From: a virus | Lineage: Duplodnaviria > Caudoviricetes | Direction: 5' to 3' (one strand) | Length of the DNA stretch: 33,175 nt | IMG/VR virus record: IMGVR_UViG_3300032226_000317 | Span: 1-33,175 of that record | Shown: positions 27,201 to 33,175 of the stretch, piece after piece | Position numbering within the stretch: the stretch's first letter is position 1 | Layout: each line of letters begins with the position of its first letter | Translations under genes and position numbers: made by a program | Notes under the pieces: generated by a model | What the model was told of the DNA's origin: nothing | The model's input: only the letters and a program-made list of their open reading frames with translations | Database searches by the model: none

Positions 27201-27326
27201 ATCGTCCTGAAGTTGGTCGCTCATATCAATTTGACCATGCGTGAAGCGTCGAATCAAAAAGTGTCCCGCTGCAAATGCCTCCAAGCGATTGATAAGAACG
27301 TTATAGCTATAATTGTAACTACTCAT
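24210..27326 (-). CDS. tail-terminator-like domain fused to a long repeat-containing fibre
   Basis: N-terminal ~150 aa (YPFMHV...EPFMEE...VTGV...WSACDIP), then a Gly linker, a CBM5/12-like module and NKPTIP..QVNSDWNA repeats. Confidence 0.7.
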   Translation of the reverse strand: MSSYNYSYNVLINRLEAFAAGHFLIRRFTHGQIDMSDQLQDDQYPFMHVTPDTIEPVQGAMNFSFHIMFADIPRDKEYKAEYQREVISDCIRLGQDLIAEVKNGLELFGFDVQLLETPTFEPFMEEQKNTVTGVAFTLKLSVPWDWSACDIPAIWSVGGASGSGGTGTGYGIELQTNGVDNVVQTKLNLVDGTNITITDLGNGSVTIDAAGGTVDYVSTEFNVNHTTATGNQYVIGDRVWYNGNVYQCIANNDALLPTNTLYWVLVSVGNRLRQTPVDWNATSGDFQVLNKPTIPPAQVNSDWNAISGVAEILNKPTIPAAQVNSDWNASSGIAQILNKPSLATVATTGSYTDLINQPTIPAGQIQSDWTQVNTAALDFIKNKPTIVTPVNADWSAISGLAQILNKPTIPAAQVNSDWNAVSGLAQILNKPFVPSTLDSLTDVNVPTPTNGQVLTFNTSTGQWIASTPSGGGGSGTVTSVALTAPAAFNVSGSPVTTSGTLAITAAGNSTQYIDGGGALQTFPTIPPAQVNSDWNAVSGVAEILNKPTIPAAQVNSDWNAASGVAQILNKPTITSGTVTSVALTVPSAFNVTGSPITSAGTLAITGAGLATQYVRGDGQLANFPTTSGGGSSVSYYLNGSINQGTIGGSTYYQMSKTAVFGAGTDFTRTNGQGNGLIAQFITDANDPNVLLVPGGNFNLELFFNASSGGGSPSFYVELYKYDGTTFTLLATDVATPEGITQGTVIDAYYTALAVPATVMTLTDRLALRVFVTTSGRTLKLHTENGHLCQVITTLSTGINAINGLTSQVQNLATGTAGSDFAISSTGSTHTFNLPTASAANRGALSSADWSTFNGKQDSIGLTTVGTNIATLPNPSATRYLRINADNTVSALTLAELKSDIGVGGYAVLTSDFITSGVAFQNITGLQFNVTAGKTYKWRATIIIVATGTVNGALSTNGPAGTTTFRFTTGTGVSTNVINNGVANNTGTVFGISTLQRIASADGIYIASANGTVSMSVIASVNGLITIKAGSIVEFEEVA
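25610..26500 (-). repeat. about eight 24-aa coding repeats NKPTIPAAQVNSDWNAxSGxAQIL
   Basis: Visible in the translation; synonymous divergence between DNA copies; boundaries approximate. Confidence 0.85.
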
Positions 27327-27602
27327 TAGCGTTGTCTTTTTCTCATTTCAATTTTTTGCGTGTACACATAGTCGGCTAAATATGTAAGGTGGGTGAAGAC
27401 CTCATATACACCGCGCTCTGTTACCGCGTCAAACTTTGTTATGTCACGTTCGGCTAGTGATTCAATAATATGAAACCACCCGTATGCGGCTAAGCCGTCA
27501 GGGGTTGTTCCTGCGTCATCTCCTTCACTATCTCCGTTATCTCCTTGGCCAAATATTCGAGGGAACTGTTGTATAGTTCGATTTCTAAACTCGAAAAAAA
27601 AA
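27326..27602 (-). CDS. -1 frameshift extension of tail assembly chaperone (gpGT-like)
   Basis: The -1 frame after the T9 run reads FEFRNRTIQQFPRIF...YGWFHIIESLAERDITKFDAVT...KRQR* and its stop forms a TAATG with the next gene. Confidence 0.75.
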
Positions 27603-28092
27603 GCAGCACATTAAGTACATGGTCAAGTGTTAGCTGCAATACTTCATCCTCATACTTGCGTTTCGCGTTAGGGTTGTATGCTTCTATATCGTAATACTTC
27701 CCGAACTTAGCTTTGATGGGGCGGTATAGTATGCACATCATCTTGTGTGCTGCCACGCCGTTAATCTTGCCGTCCTTGTATATGCCAGTGCAATGCGTAT
27801 CAAGGTCGATGTATTCACCAAACGTTAGTTCGTTAAGGTTAGGAATAAACCCTAATTCGATTGCACCGATTCGCACCTTGCGTTCAAAGTCATTGCTACC
27901 TAACTTGATTGCAGCTTCAAAACGAATGATGATTTCATCAATGACTTGTGATTGTAACAGGCGAACCGCATCCATACTCTTGCCAGTGATCACCCGCACG
28001 CGCTCCATCTTATCGACTGCGTTTTGATAGTCGATGTATCTAGCAAGAGTTACCGCCTTAGCGTTTGCCGCTATGTTTAACTTAAGTTTCAT
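27490..28092 (-). CDS. tail assembly chaperone (gpG-like)
   Basis: GFIPNLNELTFGEYIDLD...MCILYRP and LLFFS with the slippery sequence C-TTT-TTT-TTT. Confidence 0.7.
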   Translation of the reverse strand: MKLKLNIAANAKAVTLARYIDYQNAVDKMERVRVITGKSMDAVRLLQSQVIDEIIIRFEAAIKLGSNDFERKVRIGAIELGFIPNLNELTFGEYIDLDTHCTGIYKDGKINGVAAHKMMCILYRPIKAKFGKYYDIEAYNPNAKRKYEDEVLQLTLDHVLNVLLFFSSLEIELYNSSLEYLAKEITEIVKEMTQEQPLTA

Positions 28093-28126
28093 GTTCCGTC
28101 TTATTGTAGTTTTTCCTTGTTATTTG

Positions 28127-28393
28127 TTACAAGTCTGAATGCACCTGGATAATAACCGGTGCTTTTGAATCACCTGCCATAGTCATGCGGGCTTGTTTTG
28201 GTTTGAAGTATTCGAGCAGCGCTGTGTAGTGTTTGATGTATTCCTCATCCTCCATTTCATTCATAATGCGCATACACTTGGCTGCACCTTCCTGCACAAA
28301 CCATTCGCCCAACTCATTCCACATTTTGACCTTGTCGCTTACGGCACCAACGGGCCTGCCGTTTGGATTGCCTGATTTTCCTTTTATAAACAT
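28127..28393 (-). CDS. terS: terminase small subunit
   Basis: KGKSGNPNGRP-x-G (DUF5681-like) start and LLEYFKPK. Confidence 0.7.
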   Translation of the reverse strand: MFIKGKSGNPNGRPVGAVSDKVKMWNELGEWFVQEGAAKCMRIMNEMEDEEYIKHYTALLEYFKPKQARMTMAGDSKAPVIIQVHSDL

Positions 28394-28417
28394 TTGTTAC
28401 TTTTTGATAAAAACAAT

Positions 28418-28558
28418 TTATTTCTGTTCATACTGCGCAATGCAGACAGCAATGCGCTGTTGCGAATCGGGAAACTCACCTTGCACTTTTGCATCGCTCA
28501 TACAACGTGCAATGAATGCGCTTTTTGATTCGTCTGTTGTTGGTGTTGGTAGGGGCAT
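28418..28558 (-). CDS. 46-aa small phage protein (not in ORF track)
   Basis: MPLPTPTTDESKSAFIARCMSD...EFPDSQQRIAVC; the FI-x-RCM...QR-x-AVC pattern is common near phage head genes. Confidence 0.7.
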   Translation of the reverse strand: MPLPTPTTDESKSAFIARCMSDAKVQGEFPDSQQRIAVCIAQYEQK

Positions 28559-28575
28559 GTTATTATTTGTTTAGT

Positions 28576-29016
28576 TTATACTTTTCCTAATTGTCTTCTG
28601 AATTCGTTTATTAGATCGCGGATGCAGGTTGCACACGCACTAGGCTTTTCATGTTTCTTTGTAATCTTACTGAACCAATAGTACAACAGCTGCAAATCGT
28701 CACGTTCAATCTTATTCGCCTTATGGATGCGTTGAATAAATTCATCTAACGCCGCAATCTCATTCGGTTCCCAGTCAATAGCGAACCATTTGTGCGCCGG
28801 GCATGACGTGAACCTGAACTTAGTCTTTACATCCATAAAGCAACCGCATAGTTTTATCTTTTCTTTGTAGTAAGTGACCTCGTTTTCTTCAGGCATGACG
28901 GTTCCACCGATTAAAGGTGTGCCGCATGTGCCGAATGTAGGTTGGTAGAACTTACATTTTTTGCAAGTCATTAGCCTCTCTCTCTGAATGTGCAATGGCG
29001 CGTTGAAGTTTAACAT
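28576..29016 (-). CDS. Cys-rich, probably metal-binding protein (DUF6171-like)
   Basis: CKKC, CGCF, CP-x-x-KW and CATC motifs. Confidence 0.65.
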   Translation of the reverse strand: MLNFNAPLHIQRERLMTCKKCKFYQPTFGTCGTPLIGGTVMPEENEVTYYKEKIKLCGCFMDVKTKFRFTSCPAHKWFAIDWEPNEIAALDEFIQRIHKANKIERDDLQLLYYWFSKITKKHEKPSACATCIRDLINEFRRQLGKV

Positions 29017-29509
29017 ATTCTCTAATCTTTTTTAATGCCCTATGTATTGACGTGCGTAGGTATGGGTAGGGTATGCCCGTTGTAACGCTTAGTTCTTTGT
29101 AATCAAAGTCAGGTTTGCTGTATAGGCGCAACAGGATTGCATCAAACTCATGCATGCGCCCGATTGCGCTGTATAAATACTCACCATCTACGAACGCACC
29201 TATCCATGTCTCGTCCTGTTTACTATCTTCTACCTGTTTATCTACGTGCAAGTCGTAATACTTGCGGTATTTGATGGCGTAATCTGAGCGGTTGCTGTGC
29301 CAAGATAGCCAAATTGCCCTGTTGATGTATGCTTCTACTTTGCCCCGGCACACTATGTCTTTAATGTCCTGCTCTGGCCTATCCATTAACCTGGCAAGAA
29401 CCTCGTGCAATAGATCACTACCCTTGTTTTTATCGTGTGCAAGCCTTGTGGCCTTATCAAGCCATGCCTCGTAGTACCTTGATATGTTGCTATTTATACA
29501 GCTATCCAA
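28952..29509 (-). CDS. ECF-like sigma-70 family factor (putative late sigma)
   Basis: Region 2-like SDLLHEVLARL...YINRAI and region 4 HTH YKELSVTTGIPYPYLRTSIHRALKKIR; TTG start. Confidence 0.75.
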   Translation of the reverse strand: MDSCINSNISRYYEAWLDKATRLAHDKNKGSDLLHEVLARLMDRPEQDIKDIVCRGKVEAYINRAIWLSWHSNRSDYAIKYRKYYDLHVDKQVEDSKQDETWIGAFVDGEYLYSAIGRMHEFDAILLRLYSKPDFDYKELSVTTGIPYPYLRTSIHRALKKIREYVKLQRAIAHSEREANDLQKM

Positions 29510-29526
29510 TTATTTTTTCGAAATAA

Positions 29527-29557
29527 TTTGCATACTGAAAATAGTTGCCTATATTTG
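29527..29557 (+). promoter_or_regulatory. consensus Bacteroidota promoter for the early operon
   Basis: TTTG-N19-TATATTTG. Confidence 0.8.
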
Positions 29558-29569
29558 TCCCCATCAATA

Positions 29570-29577
29570 CAAAGGTA
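29570..29577 (-). promoter_or_regulatory. -7 element facing the sigma gene
   Basis: TACCTTTG on the - strand, about 60 nt upstream of the sigma start; no clear -33 element. Confidence 0.5.
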
Positions 29578-29593
29578 AACAAAAACAAACGCA

Positions 29594-29833
29594 ATGAGAG
29601 AAGAAGATTTCTACACCGAAGACCACACATGCATCCACTGCGATTGGCAGGTCAATTATTACACCGAGGTTAAAGAATTAGCTTCTGCTTTATGGATTCA
29701 ATACAATGCAGGTCTTGAAGGCGAAGACCGCGCGGCCTATTGGGATGCCTTTGTAGATGAAGCTATTGAGATTATAGCCAAAGACAAAAGCACAGCGACT
29801 ACATGTCTTAATTGCTATTCACCATTCGAGTAA
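29594..29833 (+). CDS. hypothetical protein with two CxxC motifs
   Basis: CIHC and CLNC; first gene after the early promoter. Confidence 0.65.
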   Translation: MREEDFYTEDHTCIHCDWQVNYYTEVKELASALWIQYNAGLEGEDRAAYWDAFVDEAIEIIAKDKSTATTCLNCYSPFE

Positions 29834-29854
29834 ATAATTTAATCAATAAATACA

Positions 29855-30190
29855 ATGACAAACGTTATCGAAGTAAACACCTACCACCCAGTGGTAAACG
29901 GTACAACCCAAATCACACTACCTTTCTTCTACACTTGTGGAAGCTTTGGCGACATCTATTGTTGCATGTCTGCTGACATGGTATTAACCACCGTTTTGAG
30001 TTACAGCACCAACAAGCAGATTGAAACGCGTAAATACGACGATTCAATGCAGGTGCAGTCAAGACTCGAAATAGATATGCGCGACAAGCGTTATCGGGCT
30101 ATTGATGAGGCTGTATTCATGCACATTTTTAGCGAAGCACACCGAGAAGTGTTCTACGCTGTTAACCCTCAACTTAAACCAAAGCTATGA
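29855..30190 (+). CDS. hypothetical protein
   Basis: A-rich leader; ATGA-coupled to the next gene. Confidence 0.65.
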   Translation: MTNVIEVNTYHPVVNGTTQITLPFFYTCGSFGDIYCCMSADMVLTTVLSYSTNKQIETRKYDDSMQVQSRLEIDMRDKRYRAIDEAVFMHIFSEAHREVFYAVNPQLKPKL

Positions 30191-30423
30191 GAAAGCACAA
30201 CGAACTGAACGGATTGATAGCGCGAACAGTGGGCAGTAATGCTGCCCTACTTCGTGCGATGCGTAAGAGCAGCACACCAATATCAGACCGTACACTATAC
30301 AACTGGCTATATGATGCCAAGACCATCAAGCTTCAGCAACTCATTAACTTGTCGAAGGCTATGGATCTACCGGTGTGTGAACTAATCAAATCAATAACAA
30401 TTAAAAACGAAGGAGATGAGTAA
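30187..30423 (+). CDS. Cro/C1-type HTH regulator
   Basis: ISDRTLYNWL...IKLQQLINLSKAMDLPVCELI. Confidence 0.75.
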   Translation: MRKHNELNGLIARTVGSNAALLRAMRKSSTPISDRTLYNWLYDAKTIKLQQLINLSKAMDLPVCELIKSITIKNEGDE

Positions 30424-30997
30424 TCCAATCAAAAAGAAAATGCGCAAGGATATGATTCCAAGTCGTAGTGATATCTTGTATATAGTAAAGCACTTTGATA
30501 CACTTAGCTTTGAACAGTTACGCAGGAACTTAAACGTGAGCAATGCCAAACTTATACAATGGTGCAAGTTTATCTTCACTACCGATAAGAAGGAAGCTAA
30601 GTGGAATGAGATGAATAAGAAGCTCGATACTCTGGAGTTTCATGAAGAGTTCACCGATTCGATGCAAAGTGAATACGATGTTCACGACATACGCCGCGTC
30701 AATGGAAAGAACATGTACATAGTAAAAAAGAAAGTGGTTAATGAGAATCGTATGTGCTACCTGATTACTATCAATAATGAGAATAGCATGATAGTACGGT
30801 TTGATATACCTGTCGAGCGCACATCGGTAGCTTATTGTCCTGTGTCACTTGGCTGTGATTATGATGTTCACTCGTTAGGCCATTGGGAGTATCAACAGCT
30901 AGAGCATGATTTGCCCGTGATCCATTTGGAAGCGGATGAGGATTACATCGGTAAGTTTTGGTTAGCCATACATAACACTATGATGCATGAAGCATGA
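30416..30997 (+). CDS. hypothetical protein, possible N-terminal HTH
   Basis: SFEQLRRNLNVSNAKLIQW resembles an HTH; overlaps both neighbours. Confidence 0.6.
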   Translation: MSNPIKKKMRKDMIPSRSDILYIVKHFDTLSFEQLRRNLNVSNAKLIQWCKFIFTTDKKEAKWNEMNKKLDTLEFHEEFTDSMQSEYDVHDIRRVNGKNMYIVKKKVVNENRMCYLITINNENSMIVRFDIPVERTSVAYCPVSLGCDYDVHSLGHWEYQQLEHDLPVIHLEADEDYIGKFWLAIHNTMMHEA

Positions 30998-31349
30998 GGA
31001 AAGTAAAATACAGCAACGATGTGTTGAGTGGTTTAGGTATTCCTTCCCGCGCACATTGATTGCTTCATTTCCTAACGGGGTGTTCATTGGCGGTACACCA
31101 GTGCAACGGGCCAAACGTTGGAACATATTAAAGGCTGAAGGGGCCATGCCCGGTATGCCTGACTTAATGATATGCATTCCATCGGGCGGATACCACGCGC
31201 TGTTTATCGAGATGAAGACTGAGAAGGGAAAACTTTCAGACACGCAAAAAATCGTTCACGCACAGCTTATCAATGCAGGATACTGCGTCAAGGTGTGCAG
31301 GTCATTTGAAGAATTTACACAAACTATTAAAACATATATTAAATTATGA
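30987..31349 (+). CDS. VRR-NUC domain nuclease
   Basis: ESKIQ, GMPDL and FIEMKTEKGKLSDTQ. Confidence 0.85.
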   Translation: MKHEESKIQQRCVEWFRYSFPRTLIASFPNGVFIGGTPVQRAKRWNILKAEGAMPGMPDLMICIPSGGYHALFIEMKTEKGKLSDTQKIVHAQLINAGYCVKVCRSFEEFTQTIKTYIKL

Positions 31350-32512
31350 TGGATGCATTAGCATTGCGTGAAAACGCACAGGCGCAATTAGCGCAAATCA
31401 AAACACTTGAATCGGGTGTTGATTATCTTAACAAAGTCAAAGCAATTGAAGTATGGGCGAAGGCAGAAAAGAAAGATGCCGAGCTGCAAAACATGATAGC
31501 TGAACAAAAGATACGCACGCAGCGAATCTTAGGACAATTGTTGAAGGAAAGTGATTTGAAAAGAGGTAACGCCCCCGGTAGTAATAACAGAGAAATTGTA
31601 AAGTCGAAAGATACGACTTTACAAAGTTTTGGAATTAGCAAAGATGAAAGCAGTACATTTCAAAAGATTGCCGCACTACCTGAAGAAGTGTTTGAACGCG
31701 AGATAGCAGTTGCCAAAGAAGAAAGCGAAAAGCGTGTTGAACTAACTACGAGCCGGGTTTTGTTTGCTGCTAAGGAGTACGAGCAACAAAAGAAGAAAGA
31801 CCAGCACAAACAAGATGTCATGGACAAGCGTGTCCAAAACATTTTTAAAGATAGTTTTATAAATGGAGATTGTCTTGCTGTTTTAGAAACTATACAAGAT
31901 AATTCTATTGATATTGTTATTACTGATCCACCTTACGGTATTTTGTACAAATCAAATCGATCTAAGTTTGAGGATGCAATTACAAAGCGTGGTTTATTAA
32001 ATGATGGTGCTGATGAAGCTTTTACCTTACTTAATAAAACATGTGAAGTATTAAGTCGCAAGTGCGCTGAAAATAGTCATCTGTATTTTTTTTGTAGTTG
32101 GTCTGTATTTAGTCAATTTGAAAAAATCATTTCAGAATACTTTATAATTAAGACACCGATTGTTTGGGATAAGGGAAATAAAGGCAGCGGTGATTTGGAG
32201 AATGATTGGGGCAACCAAACGGAAATCATTATCTTTTGCATTCAAGGTAAAAAAACTATCAATTACCGACGCGGTAATATACTTAGCGTTCCAAGATTGC
32301 ATAGTAGCAAGATGGTTCATCCAACACAGAAACCTATTGAACTAATTAATGAACTTCTGAATGTAAGTTATTTTGAAGGTGATTTTGTAGTTGATCCATT
32401 TATGGGTTCAGGCACAACCATTCATGCCTGTAATGCTAAATCTATTCGCACATTGGGTATTGAATTAGACAATGAAATGTTTGAAATTGCTAAATCTTAC
32501 AATCATGAATAA
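31346..32512 (+). CDS. DNA amino-methyltransferase (m6A/m4C, beta class) with N-terminal helical domain
   Basis: TDPPY precedes HPTQKP and DPFMGSGTT. Confidence 0.9.
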   Translation: MMDALALRENAQAQLAQIKTLESGVDYLNKVKAIEVWAKAEKKDAELQNMIAEQKIRTQRILGQLLKESDLKRGNAPGSNNREIVKSKDTTLQSFGISKDESSTFQKIAALPEEVFEREIAVAKEESEKRVELTTSRVLFAAKEYEQQKKKDQHKQDVMDKRVQNIFKDSFINGDCLAVLETIQDNSIDIVITDPPYGILYKSNRSKFEDAITKRGLLNDGADEAFTLLNKTCEVLSRKCAENSHLYFFCSWSVFSQFEKIISEYFIIKTPIVWDKGNKGSGDLENDWGNQTEIIIFCIQGKKTINYRRGNILSVPRLHSSKMVHPTQKPIELINELLNVSYFEGDFVVDPFMGSGTTIHACNAKSIRTLGIELDNEMFEIAKSYNHE

Positions 32513-32981
32513 TGTTAGAGCATTAGAAAAAAAGTACCATGCCGATATTGGTACTCATCTACGTAAATCCTTGCGCGGATTTCACGAAAGATATGCTATC
32601 ATGAAACCGTCCACAGAATTTCAAGATGGCAACTATTCTTTTGATTTGATATACCAGCTAAATTTTGTCGTATCTGTGCGCATCAGGCAGCATAAATACA
32701 TGAAGTATAAAGACATGACAATAAGGTATAAAAGCAAAGGTGGTGGTCTTACTGAATTTGATAAAATTAAACAGGGTTACGCGAAAGTTTATTTTTACGC
32801 ATATGAATCAGAAGACAGAAATAGTTTGGTAAAAGTAAGAATTGTAGATGTTGATGCTATTAGAAAATTAATAGCACAAGAAAGATATTCAGTTTACAAA
32901 AATGATGACGGCACTGAATTAGCGACTTTTCGGTTTTCAGATATTGCTACTTTTGGTGGCGCAATCTATCAATACGATTAA
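32505..32981 (+). CDS. methyltransferase-associated protein, possible restriction-endonuclease-like fold
   Basis: Overlaps the MTase stop; QDGNYSFDL...VSVRIR...DMTIR...TEFDKI...YFYAY. Confidence 0.5.
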   Translation: MNNVRALEKKYHADIGTHLRKSLRGFHERYAIMKPSTEFQDGNYSFDLIYQLNFVVSVRIRQHKYMKYKDMTIRYKSKGGGLTEFDKIKQGYAKVYFYAYESEDRNSLVKVRIVDVDAIRKLIAQERYSVYKNDDGTELATFRFSDIATFGGAIYQYD

Positions 32982-32993
32982 TACAATAATAAC

Positions 32994-33175
32994 ATGGCAC
33001 AAGACCCGGCATTTCTTTTTTACTATCAAGATTTCTTAGTAGGCACTGACGATATGGACAATGATGAAGTGGGGGCGTACATACGCTGCCTATGTCATCA
33101 GGCATCAAAAGGATGCATTAGTGAAAAACATATGATGAAGATATGTTTAAGACAAGATGTGTACACGAGCGTATC
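32994..33175 (+). CDS. N-terminus of DUF1376/YdaU-like replication initiator (3'-truncated, not in ORF track)
   Basis: MAQDPAFLFYYQDFLVGTDDMDNDEVGAYIRCLCHQ; frame is open to the end of the window. Confidence 0.8.
   Translation, partial: MAQDPAFLFYYQDFLVGTDDMDNDEVGAYIRCLCHQASKGCISEKHMMKICLRQDVYTSV

Noticed and set aside
28233-28574. 113-aa + strand ORF
   Set aside because: It is antisense to terS and the 46-aa gene, which have recognisable motifs.
1-33175. Alternative genetic code, tRNA genes, integrase or att sites
   Set aside because: Genes tile densely in the standard code with all three stops used. I recognised no cloverleaf or recombinase motif, though tRNAscan was not run.

Overview
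This window is a near-complete, circularly permuted genome (about 33 kb) of a tailed dsDNA phage with a long non-contractile tail (siphovirus-like). The host is almost certainly in Bacteroidota: there are TTTG-N19-TAnnTTTG promoters, A-rich Shine-Dalgarno-free leaders and a Gln+1 signal peptide. The + strand carries the early and replication genes. These are a DUF1376-like replication initiator split across the two ends, a DUF6633-like partner, SSB, a Sak/Rad52-like annealase, a YqaJ-like exonuclease, a Cro-like HTH protein, a VRR-NUC nuclease, and a DNA methyltransferase with a nuclease-like partner. Oddly, the large terminase also lies here. The - strand carries an ECF-type sigma factor, the small terminase, and the tail, head, portal and lysis genes, plus a metallophosphoesterase. 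No integrase, DNA polymerase, tRNA or CRISPR array was seen. The most notable observations are: (1) a candidate small RNA (about 5535-5612) whose unpaired middle is complementary to a repeated ATCAATAACAA leader of early genes; (2) a 689-aa subtilisin with Ig-like domains coupled to the prohead protease gene; (3) an unannotated ribbon-helix-helix gene and a second candidate sRNA inside the head module, overlapping a putative late promoter; (4) an A11 slippery run separating the portal domain from a MuF-like domain; (5) a tail terminator fused to a long repeat fibre; and (6) a -1 frameshifted tail chaperone. All family names come from motif recognition by eye, not from database searches.
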